A stretch of DNA of 64,000 nucleotides, taken from positions 7,736-71,735 of the forward strand of contig CAYLOJ010000004.1 in assembly GCA_964385285.1 (NCBI GenBank). Direction: 5' to 3'. The stretch is from an uncultured Gammaproteobacteria bacterium (lineage in GTDB: Bacteria; Patescibacteriota; Patescibacteriia; UBA9570). A program made the position numbers and the translations under genes. Each line of letters opens with the position of its first letter. Within the stretch, counting starts at the first letter, position 1. A model generated the notes under the pieces. It made no database searches. It saw only the letters and a program-made list of their open reading frames with translations, and was not told the origin of the DNA. Shown piece by piece: positions 49,086 through 58,989 of the stretch.

Positions 49086-50804
49086 ATGGAATCTATTTTT
49101 ATTGAACTCAGCGCCATCATTGTATTGAGTACCGGACTAGCTCTAGTTGCTAAAATCTTAAAACAACCGATCATCTTGGCCTTCATCGGCACTGGTATCT
49201 TATTAGGCCCAATTGGGTTCAATATCTTACAATCACACGAATTAATTGATGTTTTAGCTGAATTTGGCATTGCCTTGTTGTTGTATATCGTCGGAATTGA
49301 GTTAGATATCAAAAAATTTAAAGCGCTATCTTGGCCTACCCTATTAGCAGGTATCGGGCAAATTATCGGTACGGGCTGCATTGGTTGGCTGATTGGTATC
49401 GGTTTAGGCTTTTCTAGCATTGAATCTGCGTTTATTGGTATTACTCTAACCCTGTCCAGTACGATCATTATCGTTAAGCTCCTCAGCGAAAAACGGCAAT
49501 TAGAATCTCTCTACGGGCGTATCACCGTTTCAATGTTGTTACTGCAGGATGTCGCGGCTATTCTTGCCCTACTATTATTACAAAGTTTTGCGGGCACTAC
49601 TGGCTTCACTATTCCTTGGGCAACCTTCGGTGCGTTAGCATTCAAAACAGTCGTGATTGGTGGTGGTGCCTATCTGCTGGCCCGCTATGTGTTTCGCAAA
49701 ATCTTTTTGTTCATTGGACGATCCCAAGAATTGTTATTCTTGTGGAGCATTGCATGGTGCGTATTGTTTGCCGCCATTGCCATTCTTTGGGACTACCCCA
49801 TCGCTATTAGTGTCTTTTTTGCTGGGATCACCATTGGTTCACTGGACTACAACTACGAAATTGCGGCGCGTATCCGCTCTCTGCGTGATTTCTTCATCGT
49901 GATCTTCTTCACATTTTTAGGGAGTGAATTGATTCTAGATTTGGAACCAAAATTGCTGATCAGTGCATTCGTGTTAGCACTGTTCGTATTAGTGGGCAAT
50001 CCAATGATTGTTTATATCATTCTGCGTTTTGCTAAACATCAAGACCGTACTGCATTTTTTGCTGGCTTAACCATGGCCCAAATTAGTGAGTTCTCTTTCA
50101 TTATATCAAACCAAGGTTTAACACAAGGATTAATTTCCCAGCATTTAGTGTCGATGATCGCGGTCGTTGGGTTAGTCACGATGGTACTGTCCACTTACAT
50201 GATTACCTACAATGAAAAGATCTATCACTACTTTTCGCCTCTACTGCGCTGGCTGCCGTTACCAAGCCCTACTCCCGATGCGGCTGATGTTATTCCATTG
50301 GATTTAAAAAATCATTATGTGGTCTTTGGCTATCATGCTAATGTAGATCACCTACTGGATGAGCTTCACCATGCTGGCGAAAAAGTTGTAGTGATTGATT
50401 ATAATCCCGATAATACAGAGCGCATCAAGCAACAAAAAGTGCTCTACATTTATGGTGATATGCGCGATGAAGATATTCTAGATTTGGCAAATTTAGAAAA
50501 CGCCAAAATGATTATCTCTATTGTGCCCTACCATGAACCAACCATGAGCTTGCTGCAACACATTAAACATTTTGGAATCAAATGCAATGTGGTCGTGTTA
50601 GCTCCATACCTGATGGATGTCAAAGCATATTATGATGCCGGCGCTACCTTTGTATTGCACCCTGAATCCATTAGTTTGAAATACCTATTATCCGTACTCA
50701 CTCCTGAGCAGCTCGCCCATGCTAGTACGGCTCATCAAAAAGAATTAATCGATCTATTAGAACATTCTCTACATACCAATGGGCCTTTACCAGCTGGTAA
50801 GTAA
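49086..50804 (+). CDS. CPA2 cation:proton antiporter with a TrkA-N domain
   Basis: About 13 TM, LSST, LLQD, LRDFF..IFF and QISEFS; C-terminal VVIDYNP...YGD. Confidence 0.9.
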   Translation: MESIFIELSAIIVLSTGLALVAKILKQPIILAFIGTGILLGPIGFNILQSHELIDVLAEFGIALLLYIVGIELDIKKFKALSWPTLLAGIGQIIGTGCIGWLIGIGLGFSSIESAFIGITLTLSSTIIIVKLLSEKRQLESLYGRITVSMLLLQDVAAILALLLLQSFAGTTGFTIPWATFGALAFKTVVIGGGAYLLARYVFRKIFLFIGRSQELLFLWSIAWCVLFAAIAILWDYPIAISVFFAGITIGSLDYNYEIAARIRSLRDFFIVIFFTFLGSELILDLEPKLLISAFVLALFVLVGNPMIVYIILRFAKHQDRTAFFAGLTMAQISEFSFIISNQGLTQGLISQHLVSMIAVVGLVTMVLSTYMITYNEKIYHYFSPLLRWLPLPSPTPDAADVIPLDLKNHYVVFGYHANVDHLLDELHHAGEKVVVIDYNPDNTERIKQQKVLYIYGDMRDEDILDLANLENAKMIISIVPYHEPTMSLLQHIKHFGIKCNVVVLAPYLMDVKAYYDAGATFVLHPESISLKYLLSVLTPEQLAHASTAHQKELIDLLEHSLHTNGPLPAGK

Positions 50805-52773
50805 ATTTCAACCCACCGGTGATCAGCCTACGGCTATCGCCACGTTAGTGCAAAGTTTGCAGGCAAAGCATCGTGCCCAAACCTTGTTAGGTGTGACTGG
50901 CTCCGGCAAAACGTTCACGATGGCCAATGTCATTAGTCAGATGGAGCGTCCGACATTAGTATTGTCACACAACAAAACCCTGGCCGCACAATTAGCTTCA
51001 GAATTTCGTGATTTTTTTCCGAATCATGCCGTGCATTACTTCGTCTCGTTTTACGACTACTACCAACCCGAAAGCTACATTCCGCGCACAGATACCTATA
51101 TTGAAAAAACTACTGAGCTGAATGAAGAGATCAATCGCCTCCGCCACGCAGCAACCCAAGCACTACTCTCGCGACGCGATGTGATTATCGTCGCGTCAGT
51201 TTCTTGTATTTATGGCTTAGGTTCACCGGTGGTCTATAAATCATTTAGCGTTACCGTACATAAAGGAGAAGAGTATAGTCGCCGCGCACTGCTATCTAAA
51301 TTAGTAGACATGCAATATCATCGCAATGATGTGGCATTTAAACGCGCCACCTTCCAAGTCAAAGGTGAGGTGGTGGAAGTCTTTCCGGCAATGTCTGATA
51401 AAACCGCTATTCGTTTCCGCTATTTTGGTGATGAGATCGAACGGATTGAAGAATTTGATGTCTTGAACAATCAAGTCATCGGCACGCTGGATCATGTCGA
51501 TATTTATCCGGCGACACACTATGTTGCTCCACAAGAAAATCGACATCTCATTCTGGCGCAAATTGAACGTGATATGGAGGAACAGGTATCTTGGATGAAA
51601 CAAAATGGCAAGCCGTTAGAAGCGTACCGCTTAGAACAACGGACGCGGCATGATTTAGAGATGCTTAGTCAAACTGGCTATGTGAATGGGATTGAAAACT
51701 ATTCACGTTACTTTGATCGACGTAAAGAAGGTGAACCACCTTATACACTGCTAGACTACTTCCCCAAAGATTTCCTGATGTTTGTGGATGAATCACATAT
51801 TACCATCCCTCAAATCGGCGGCATGTATAAAGGCGATCGTTCACGCAAACAGACTTTAGTTGATTATGGTTTCCGCTTAAAGGCCGCTTTAGATAATCGT
51901 CCGCTGCAATATCATGAATTTGAACAACATATTAATCAACTTGTTTATGTCTCGGCGACGCCTAAACAATATGAGTTGGATCAATCTAGTGTTGTAGCCG
52001 AACAGCTGATTCGTCCAACCGGTTTGTTAGATCCTGAGATTGAATTACACAGCACAATCGATCAGATTACTCATCTACTAGAACAGGTACAAGCGCGCGT
52101 AACGAAGGGTCAGCGTGTCTTGGTTACCACCTTAACCAAACGCATGGCTGAAGAGCTCACGGATTTCATGCGTGAACGTGGTATTGCGGTACAATATCTA
52201 CACTCTGAGGTAGATACCTTAGATCGGCTTGAGATTCTCCGTGACCTCCGGTTAGGTGTATTTGATGTGTTGGTGGGGATCAACTTATTGCGTGAAGGGT
52301 TAGATCTACCAGAGGTATCGTTAGTAGCTATTCTCGATGCCGATAAGGAAGGATTCTTGCGTAGTGCCACCTCCTTAATCCAAACCATCGGTCGCGCTGC
52401 TCGCCATCAGGAAGGTCGTGTAATTATGTATGCAGATCGCATTACGGATTCCATGCGGTTTGCAATGGATGAAACTAAACGCCGTCGGGCTAAACAGATT
52501 GCCTACAATACTGAACACGGCATTACACCACAAAGTATCATCAAGGCTGTGAGCGATGATCGCCTGGCCGGAGCAAAAGATAAAATTGATGCCCCAGCAG
52601 ACCCAAGCATATTAAATAAGGAAGAGTTGGCCTGGCATATTGATACTCTCGAACAACAGATGGCCTTGGCTGCCCAAACCATGCAATTTGAGGAGGCCGC
52701 GCGTTTACGTGATGAAATCAAGCGACTAAAACAAGGGCGAGCAGAAAAGAATAAACAAGCGAAAAAGAAGTAG
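50779..52773 (+). CDS. uvrB: Excinuclease ABC subunit B
   Basis: GVTGSGKT, YYQPESY, DESH, SATP, GINLLREGLD, QTIGRAAR and a C-terminal UVR domain. Confidence 0.99.
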   Translation: MGLYQLVSKFQPTGDQPTAIATLVQSLQAKHRAQTLLGVTGSGKTFTMANVISQMERPTLVLSHNKTLAAQLASEFRDFFPNHAVHYFVSFYDYYQPESYIPRTDTYIEKTTELNEEINRLRHAATQALLSRRDVIIVASVSCIYGLGSPVVYKSFSVTVHKGEEYSRRALLSKLVDMQYHRNDVAFKRATFQVKGEVVEVFPAMSDKTAIRFRYFGDEIERIEEFDVLNNQVIGTLDHVDIYPATHYVAPQENRHLILAQIERDMEEQVSWMKQNGKPLEAYRLEQRTRHDLEMLSQTGYVNGIENYSRYFDRRKEGEPPYTLLDYFPKDFLMFVDESHITIPQIGGMYKGDRSRKQTLVDYGFRLKAALDNRPLQYHEFEQHINQLVYVSATPKQYELDQSSVVAEQLIRPTGLLDPEIELHSTIDQITHLLEQVQARVTKGQRVLVTTLTKRMAEELTDFMRERGIAVQYLHSEVDTLDRLEILRDLRLGVFDVLVGINLLREGLDLPEVSLVAILDADKEGFLRSATSLIQTIGRAARHQEGRVIMYADRITDSMRFAMDETKRRRAKQIAYNTEHGITPQSIIKAVSDDRLAGAKDKIDAPADPSILNKEELAWHIDTLEQQMALAAQTMQFEEAARLRDEIKRLKQGRAEKNKQAKKK

Positions 52774-52780
52774 CCTAAAC

Positions 52781-52812
52781 TATAAACACGTCCCATATGG
52801 GACGTGTTTATA
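52781..52812. terminator. Perfect 32-bp palindrome between convergent genes (bidirectional terminator)
   Basis: TATAAACACGTCCCAT|ATGGGACGTGTTTATA. Confidence 0.7.
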
Positions 52813-52829
52813 TTAAGGTATGTTACCAG

Positions 52830-53906
52830 TTAGTTACTGTCCGCATTGGCATCTGCTGCCAGATCATCAGATGTGTACGTAATCGTAACATCGCCATTCT
52901 CATCTACTTGTGTACTTACCTCCACTTGGTCGACTAGTTCCCCTTGTGCGTTGTAGCAACCCGTGGGATGTGTGTTAAAGAAGTCAGCGCCAAGACTCGA
53001 TGCATCAGGGTAAAGATGAATCTCGGTTAAACCACTTAGCTCAGTAAAGATCGGCAATGTCATTTCATCAACGGCTAAATATTCATCCACTACATAATCA
53101 AGTTGAGAACGCACCTGGCCATGGGCATCAAGTTGTTTATAGGATTCTAGCGCATAGGTAGCAGGATCAAACCAATATTGAAAAGTCTGCTGATGAGCTT
53201 GAATTTCTAAGCCCCGCTGACCTTCCTGCACTCCTAAATCAACCACCTTACCTTGATCAACCATCGTACGTAATAGACTGATGCGCTCCTCTGTACTCTG
53301 TGCTTCAGTGGTAATACGAGCTAATTCAGCAACTTGTGCATCAAACGATAGATCTGGAAAGTCAGCAGAGTTGATACCACAGACAGTAGCGTCAGAATCC
53401 AATTGATTATCACTAATGATTGGATCGGTGATTGGATCCTTAGCATGTAACTCATAACCGCGTTGCTGGTTGGATGCAACGTCATATACTTCTGTATATT
53501 GTTCCAAGACCGTTGCGCCATCTTCAGATAATTGTTGATCCGCGTAATTATGATCACCATGCCACGTTTCTAAGAAATGACGCTCAGTGGTACCAGTCAC
53601 AGGATCAATATATGTTTCATGAAACTTTTGATGGAGCACACCACTCACCGGTGTGGTGGTAGCAGCTTCAGCGGCTGAGATAAAATCAACTAAACTTAAG
53701 TGGGTATTATTCGTAGAGTTGGTAGTATGTGGCTGTTGCCAGAGCATGACCGCAGCTAAACTGCCGACGGCCAGTGGTGCAGCCACTAACCAAGGAATAA
53801 ATTTTTTCATAGGCAATGCAGGACTCACCGGCGCAGGGGCACGTTGCAGCTCTTGTTGCAGCACACTGCGCAGTTTTTGATAATGAGACGATGAGTTCTG
53901 AGACAT
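52830..53906 (-). CDS. Putative anti-sigma factor (short cytoplasmic part, one TM, acidic extracytoplasmic domain)
   Basis: Directly downstream of an ECF sigma; single TM near the N-terminus. Confidence 0.65.
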   Translation of the reverse strand: MSQNSSSHYQKLRSVLQQELQRAPAPVSPALPMKKFIPWLVAAPLAVGSLAAVMLWQQPHTTNSTNNTHLSLVDFISAAEAATTTPVSGVLHQKFHETYIDPVTGTTERHFLETWHGDHNYADQQLSEDGATVLEQYTEVYDVASNQQRGYELHAKDPITDPIISDNQLDSDATVCGINSADFPDLSFDAQVAELARITTEAQSTEERISLLRTMVDQGKVVDLGVQEGQRGLEIQAHQQTFQYWFDPATYALESYKQLDAHGQVRSQLDYVVDEYLAVDEMTLPIFTELSGLTEIHLYPDASSLGADFFNTHPTGCYNAQGELVDQVEVSTQVDENGDVTITYTSDDLAADANADSN

Positions 53907-53921
53907 AAGTGAATGGTTAAA

Positions 53922-54470
53922 TTAGTCTGGCCGGACACTAGAGATAATGTACTGGCTGGCAAAAGGTTGCAATTGACGCTGTAATTTTTTCATGGCCCGA
54001 CTTAACCGCGATTTTACCGTTCCTAGTTTCAACTCTGTGATGTCGGCTAATTCCTCAAGAGATAGTTCGGCAAAGAAACGTAAACTGACTAGATTGCGAT
54101 CTACCTCGTTTAGAGTTTGTAATGCGAGCTGCAGTTGGTGCGTATCCTCATTCAAGATGGCCAAGTGTTCAGGGCTGGGTTGCGGACTACGCAGTTCAGG
54201 ATAATCCTCCAGCGCCTCAAAGTGATACTGGTGCTGCTTACGCCAATGCATCCGCAACTCATTGAGCGCGATGCGATACAACCATGCCAAAATCGGTTTG
54301 CCCGTTTGCACCTGATAGCGATCAAATGCCTTAAGTGCCTTATAAAAGGTTTCGCTGGCTAGATCATAAGCCAGGGGGACGTCCCCACAATGTCGAATCA
54401 AATAGCGCACAATCATTTCATAGTGCGTATCATAAGCCTCCAAAAACGCCTGCTGCTGGGTATCATCCAT
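53922..54470 (-). CDS. ECF RNA polymerase sigma factor
   Basis: DLASETF.KA and WLYRIALN (sigma2); LRFFAELS.EE.A.....GTVKSRLSRA (sigma4). Confidence 0.93.
   Translation of the reverse strand: MDDTQQQAFLEAYDTHYEMIVRYLIRHCGDVPLAYDLASETFYKALKAFDRYQVQTGKPILAWLYRIALNELRMHWRKQHQYHFEALEDYPELRSPQPSPEHLAILNEDTHQLQLALQTLNEVDRNLVSLRFFAELSLEELADITELKLGTVKSRLSRAMKKLQRQLQPFASQYIISSVRPD
53944..53971 (-). promoter_or_regulatory. ECF promoter copy inside the sigma gene 3' end, upstream of the anti-sigma gene
   Basis: TGCAACC-N15-CATTAT, identical in motif and spacing to 54483..54510. Confidence 0.65.
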
Positions 54471-54482
54471 AGCTAACTTAGT

Positions 54483-54510
54483 ATAATGCAAATCTTTCAG
54501 TTTGGTTGCA
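54483..54510 (-). promoter_or_regulatory. Putative autoregulatory ECF promoter
   Basis: TGCAACC-N15-CATTAT, 12 nt upstream of the sigma ATG. Confidence 0.65.
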
Positions 54511-54568
54511 TCCTGCCAGTAGCTTGGTCCATTGTCTGGTGCAACGGATTGTGATAATCTAGTGGCCT

Positions 54569-55645
54569 ATGAATAAAGCAACCCTCAAAAAATTAACCCC
54601 TCAACTACGTCAGCATATTATCCAACAGACCAAGCGCAAATCTGCAAAAGGTGGAGCAGTCAGTAAGTTTGCTCAAGAGACACTCTTACACACAAACGGT
54701 GGAAGCACATTGCAAGCTGCCTTGTGGTTAAAAGAGCATTTGGACAACGGCGGTAAACTGGTGATCACCTTAGCTGGTGCATTAAGTTCTTTTGAAATCG
54801 GCGTTACCTTAGCGGAGCTGATTCGCCAAGATAAAGTACATCTCGTTTCTGCCACTGGTGCCAACCATGAAGAATCCTACTATCGTTACGTGGCTCATTC
54901 TCACTACGCTGATATTCCTAAATACACTGAACTGACTCCAGAGCAAGAAGCTGAATTGCGTGATGCCGGTTTGCGTCGTATTACCGACACGTTCTTACCT
55001 GAGGATGAATCTGTCCGCATTATGGAACCGCATCTATTAAAGATGTGGCAGGACGCTCAGAAAAAAGGTGAACGGTATTTTCCACATGAATATTTCCGTC
55101 GTTTGTTTGCCAAGAAATTGATCAAACCTGACCCCATGGCCAACCCTAAGGATTGTTGGACCAAAGCGGCTTACGAAAAAAATATCCCAATTGTGATTCC
55201 AGGCTTCGAAGATTCCACTATGGGTAATATCTTTGCTGGTTATACCTACGCCGGCAAATACCGTAAAAATCCAAAAGTACTGCTTGACCCCACGATTATG
55301 AAAGGTGGTATCGAGTACTTCACTTGGTTGTATGAATGGTATATGGAAGCTGCCAAAACTGCTCCGGTCGCTTTCCTACAATTAGGTGGTGGCATCTCTG
55401 CAGATTTCCCAATTTGTGTAGTACCTTCGCTTAAGCATGATCTTGGCATGCATGGTAAAGTTCGCGATTGGGCTGGCTTTATCGAAATCGGTTCTTCCCC
55501 AATGTCTTATGGCTCCTACTCTGGTGCTGGCGGCAAAGAAAAGATCACCTGGGATAAGCTCTCTACTAAGAGCTACTACCAAATCATCCAGAGTGACGTA
55601 ACGGTCGTCTTCCCGTGGATGGCAGCGATCATGCTGGGCCTCTAG
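54569..55645 (+). CDS. Deoxyhypusine synthase-like protein (probable homospermidine synthase)
   Basis: TLAGALS, SATGAN.EE, RITD, EDSTMG, LGGGISADF and GSYSGA...EKITWDK (catalytic Lys position retained). Confidence 0.85.
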   Translation: MNKATLKKLTPQLRQHIIQQTKRKSAKGGAVSKFAQETLLHTNGGSTLQAALWLKEHLDNGGKLVITLAGALSSFEIGVTLAELIRQDKVHLVSATGANHEESYYRYVAHSHYADIPKYTELTPEQEAELRDAGLRRITDTFLPEDESVRIMEPHLLKMWQDAQKKGERYFPHEYFRRLFAKKLIKPDPMANPKDCWTKAAYEKNIPIVIPGFEDSTMGNIFAGYTYAGKYRKNPKVLLDPTIMKGGIEYFTWLYEWYMEAAKTAPVAFLQLGGGISADFPICVVPSLKHDLGMHGKVRDWAGFIEIGSSPMSYGSYSGAGGKEKITWDKLSTKSYYQIIQSDVTVVFPWMAAIMLGL

Positions 55646-55664
55646 CTCAACCCCACTGTAAATT

Positions 55665-55694
55665 AAAAATCCCTCCATGTGGAGGGATTTTTTT
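55665..55694. terminator. Bidirectional intrinsic terminator
   Basis: AAAAATCCCTCCA-TG-TGGAGGGATTTTTTT between convergent genes. Confidence 0.8.
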
Positions 55695-55702
55695 GCAGTA
55701 AG

Positions 55703-56005
55703 CTACTTACCAAAGATGGGAAAACAATGCATGGATCTGCAAATGGCTTGCTCTGTATCGCTGAAGATGATTCCTGAACAAGACGCAACTTCCTCACCAT
55801 GATCATCATAAAGTGCATCAGTGCCAAAGTCTCCAAGATAGACCGTTGAGTAATAACCGATACCGTTACTGTAAAAACATCGCTGCACATCACTACCTTC
55901 AATCAATGGCTTTACAGCCGCCGGCACCGGCCAAAAAAAGAAGGCAGCCGTTGCCAGCAATCCCCCTAATAGTAGCGTGATACTGATAATGTAGAGTCGA
56001 CGCAC
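55703..56005 (-). CDS. Small exported Cys-containing protein (start uncertain)
   Basis: N-terminal TM/signal and four Cys; GTG start just after the speB stop. Confidence 0.55.
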   Translation of the reverse strand: MRRLYIISITLLLGGLLATAAFFFWPVPAAVKPLIEGSDVQRCFYSNGIGYYSTVYLGDFGTDALYDDHGEEVASCSGIIFSDTEQAICRSMHCFPIFGK

Positions 56006-56006
56006 A

Positions 56007-56888
56007 TTATAATTTTCCAGGGAAGTAAAATGATCCAATCATCTTATAAACTAATTTCGCGGCGAGAAAATCCGGAGCGCGTAAACCACCAATCGGCATG
56101 AACTCCATAATGTCTGCGCCAACTACGTTCTTAGTTTTAGCGACAGCTCTTACAAGGCTCAACACATCATACCAATTCAAGCCACCTGGCTGCGGCGTAC
56201 CCGTAGAAGGCATCACTGCGGCATCAAACACATCAATATCAATTGTAATGTAAACATTCTTTTTTAGGCTGTTCAAGATTTGTTTGATTGGCAACTTGGG
56301 AGCCAAGAACATGGTATGGCGTTTGGAAAATTTCTTATGTTCTGCAGCATCATCACTCGCTACACTACGCACGCCCACGGAAGTAACACTATCAGAACAT
56401 TCAATACTGCGACGCATTACACAAGCATGATTATACTTCGTACCCTCAAATGAATCACGGAAATCAGCATGCGCGTCAAAATGTAGCACCGAGAAATCCT
56501 TTGTGTAAATCTCTCGAGCCGCTTTTACCGCTCCGAAGGTTAATGAATGTTCACCACCAAAACAAAATGGGAATTTTTTATCGCGATAAATCTGTTTGGT
56601 TGCCTTATACACTTCATTCAGCATATCTCCAGGATTATTCATCTGGGGTTCCATCGGATCCAATGTATAAATCGGCACACGCTCTACTGTTTCAAAACCA
56701 AGCTCTTCATCATACAACTCTAACTGTGCTGAAGCATTAATCATTGCCTCTGGACCGAAGCGGGCACCAGATTGATAAGAGGTGGTGGCATCATACGGAA
56801 TCGGCAATAGCGCTACCTTGGCATCTTTCCAGGTTGGGTTTGGATACCCTAGAAAGCCGGACGTATTACGAATGGGATAGTCGATCAT
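56007..56888 (-). CDS. speB: Agmatinase
   Basis: PYD.TTSY..GARFGP, GGEHS, DAHAD and TIDIDVFD...PSTGTP.PGG. Confidence 0.95.
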   Translation of the reverse strand: MIDYPIRNTSGFLGYPNPTWKDAKVALLPIPYDATTSYQSGARFGPEAMINASAQLELYDEELGFETVERVPIYTLDPMEPQMNNPGDMLNEVYKATKQIYRDKKFPFCFGGEHSLTFGAVKAAREIYTKDFSVLHFDAHADFRDSFEGTKYNHACVMRRSIECSDSVTSVGVRSVASDDAAEHKKFSKRHTMFLAPKLPIKQILNSLKKNVYITIDIDVFDAAVMPSTGTPQPGGLNWYDVLSLVRAVAKTKNVVGADIMEFMPIGGLRAPDFLAAKLVYKMIGSFYFPGKL

Positions 56889-56905
56889 ATATAACAAATT
56901 AATAA

Positions 56906-58264
56906 TTACCAACCAAAGACCTTACCTAACTCTTCCGGTGATTGGCGCTTAGCTGCCACTTTCACCTCACCATTGTGTGCAATGATTTTAGTTGGGCTAG
57001 ATAATAAACAATGACGAGCACCTAATGAATCCTGATAAGCACCGGTATCAAAGAAAGCAACATATTGATCATCATCTTCGGTCAACTTTGGTAATAGAAT
57101 GTAAGTACCTTGAGCAGTATACTTATCATCACTATCACAACTAGAACCGGCCAACCACGTGCGTTGGTTACTGCGCGTATTCATATTGTTAGCGGGAATC
57201 GCATGCCATTGTTGATGAATAGTCCAAGTATCAGGCAGATCATTCATGAACGATCCATCGACGATATACCATTTACGATTCGTACCATTATCTACTGGCT
57301 TTTCATTCAATACTTTAAACATCGTCACCTGTGCCGGCGCAGCAATATAACGACCCCACTCACAAATGATATTGGGTTCTTTCACATTGTATTTTTGACT
57401 CATCTGTTTGCAGGCTTTCACAATACGATTAGCCGCAGCCTTCACTGTATAAATCGACTTTTTGGTATACGGCACTGCGCCACCGCCTCCAATATCGATC
57501 GTGTCTAGTTTCGGATTCCGCTGCCGCATCTTTGCATAGATCATGAACATGCGCTTCACTGGATCAGTTAGGCCATCTAGTTTTTCGATCTGGCTAGAGA
57601 CGTGATAAGACAAAATACCCAAGTTAGGCACCTTCTGCAACTTCATCACCTCTTCTTCTGTTAAACCAAAATAGTTGAACTTTTTATCCCAGTGGGATTT
57701 TACTTTTACATTCAAATTTACGCGCAACCCAATTTCACTCTTGAACTTTTTAAAGGCAGTCAACTCATCACGATGCTCGACCATAGGCGTAATGGTGAGG
57801 CCTTTCTTATTCAACTCATCAATTAACTGGATGTAGCGGTCCGTTTTGGGTCCATTACACAACACTCGAATCTTCGCGTTGAAGCGCTCCTGCTCCCACA
57901 TACGTTTTACAATCCAGAGCTCGTTGGCAGATGAGGTCTCTAAGTTGGCGCCTTCAGAAACAGCTGACAACACAAACTGCTTGTGTTGGTTCACCTTCAT
58001 GGGATAGTGATAATAGAACTTGCCTTTGTAATCGTTCAGTTTGATGTACGCATTAAAAATGTCGGTCAGCTGGCGCAGACGGGTTTCCACAATAAATGGG
58101 AACATAATCTCTAAACTAGTGCCATACTGTTTGGCCAGCTTATAGAGATTATACTGATAGTTCCCTTCTTTTAACATCAACTCCCCATTGGCGGTGATGT
58201 CAAAATATTGAGTGTTAAATTCTTCCCGGCCAAGCTTCCAAAAGCGCTTGAAGTTTCGTTTCAT
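56906..58264 (-). CDS. speA: Arginine decarboxylase (alanine-racemase fold, short form)
   Basis: YPMKVNQ (PLP Lys), CNGPK, IDIGGG, CEWGRY, LPDTW, CDSD and GAYQ..LG; adjacent to agmatinase. Confidence 0.85.
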   Translation of the reverse strand: MKRNFKRFWKLGREEFNTQYFDITANGELMLKEGNYQYNLYKLAKQYGTSLEIMFPFIVETRLRQLTDIFNAYIKLNDYKGKFYYHYPMKVNQHKQFVLSAVSEGANLETSSANELWIVKRMWEQERFNAKIRVLCNGPKTDRYIQLIDELNKKGLTITPMVEHRDELTAFKKFKSEIGLRVNLNVKVKSHWDKKFNYFGLTEEEVMKLQKVPNLGILSYHVSSQIEKLDGLTDPVKRMFMIYAKMRQRNPKLDTIDIGGGGAVPYTKKSIYTVKAAANRIVKACKQMSQKYNVKEPNIICEWGRYIAAPAQVTMFKVLNEKPVDNGTNRKWYIVDGSFMNDLPDTWTIHQQWHAIPANNMNTRSNQRTWLAGSSCDSDDKYTAQGTYILLPKLTEDDDQYVAFFDTGAYQDSLGARHCLLSSPTKIIAHNGEVKVAAKRQSPEELGKVFGW

Positions 58265-58355
58265 TTCGGGCCCAGTAATGGGGATAATGAATTAAGAAGC
58301 TTATTATAAAAACTCTGCGCCTGGTGTCAATAGCTTTGCCTGCTATAATACCCGC

Positions 58356-58736
58356 ATGAAAACCGTTTTAGCCTTTGGCACCTACGACAAGCTCCACCCC
58401 GGACACCAGTTTTTTTTGGCAGAAGCTAAAAAATACGGTGATCGTCTGGTGGTGGTGGTAGCACGCGATAAAAATGTGGAACTAGTGAAAGGCAAACTAC
58501 CGCGCGACCCCGAACAGCTCCGTTTAGCGAATGTACAAGCTGTGGCTGTCGTGGATAGCGCCAGACTCGGCTATGAAGATTATAGTAAAAAAGAGCAGAT
58601 TATTAGCGAAATCCAACCTGATGTGATCTGCCTAGGTTACGATCAAGCCCCAAAATTCCGTTCCCCCGACCCTAACATTGAAGTAATCCGTCTACCCGCT
58701 TTTCATCCCGAGCTGTACAAATCCAGTTTGCTGTAG
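58356..58736 (+). CDS. Cytidylyltransferase-like protein (RibL-type FAD synthase family)
   Basis: AFGTYD.LHPGH (HxGH), VVVARD, PDVICLGYDQ and YKSS. Confidence 0.8.
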   Translation: MKTVLAFGTYDKLHPGHQFFLAEAKKYGDRLVVVVARDKNVELVKGKLPRDPEQLRLANVQAVAVVDSARLGYEDYSKKEQIISEIQPDVICLGYDQAPKFRSPDPNIEVIRLPAFHPELYKSSLL

Positions 58737-58796
58737 TTTTTGGTTGACAGACCACCACGAGATCATTAAGATGTGCGCGCCAACACGGAGGTTCCA

Positions 58797-58982
58797 TTGG
58801 CACGTCGACACTGTGCAAAGCACAACAAGTACTACCGGCATGAAAAGTGTCCTGACTGCTTCCCGGACGCAGGGAAGCCGCGAAAGGTCTACAAGACCCG
58901 GCAGGTGACCACCTGCCGCAGCTGCAAGTCCGGGGTGCCGGCCGGCAGCGGTCGCTGCACGTCCTGCGGGACGAAGCAGTAG
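58797..58982 (+). CDS. Small basic double zinc-ribbon protein, GC-rich
   Basis: Own promoter TTGACA-N17-TAAGAT (58744-58772), SD GGAGG, TTG start; CAKH..CPDC and CRSC..CTSC. Confidence 0.7.
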   Translation: MARRHCAKHNKYYRHEKCPDCFPDAGKPRKVYKTRQVTTCRSCKSGVPAGSGRCTSCGTKQ

Positions 58983-58989
58983 GAGGAGG

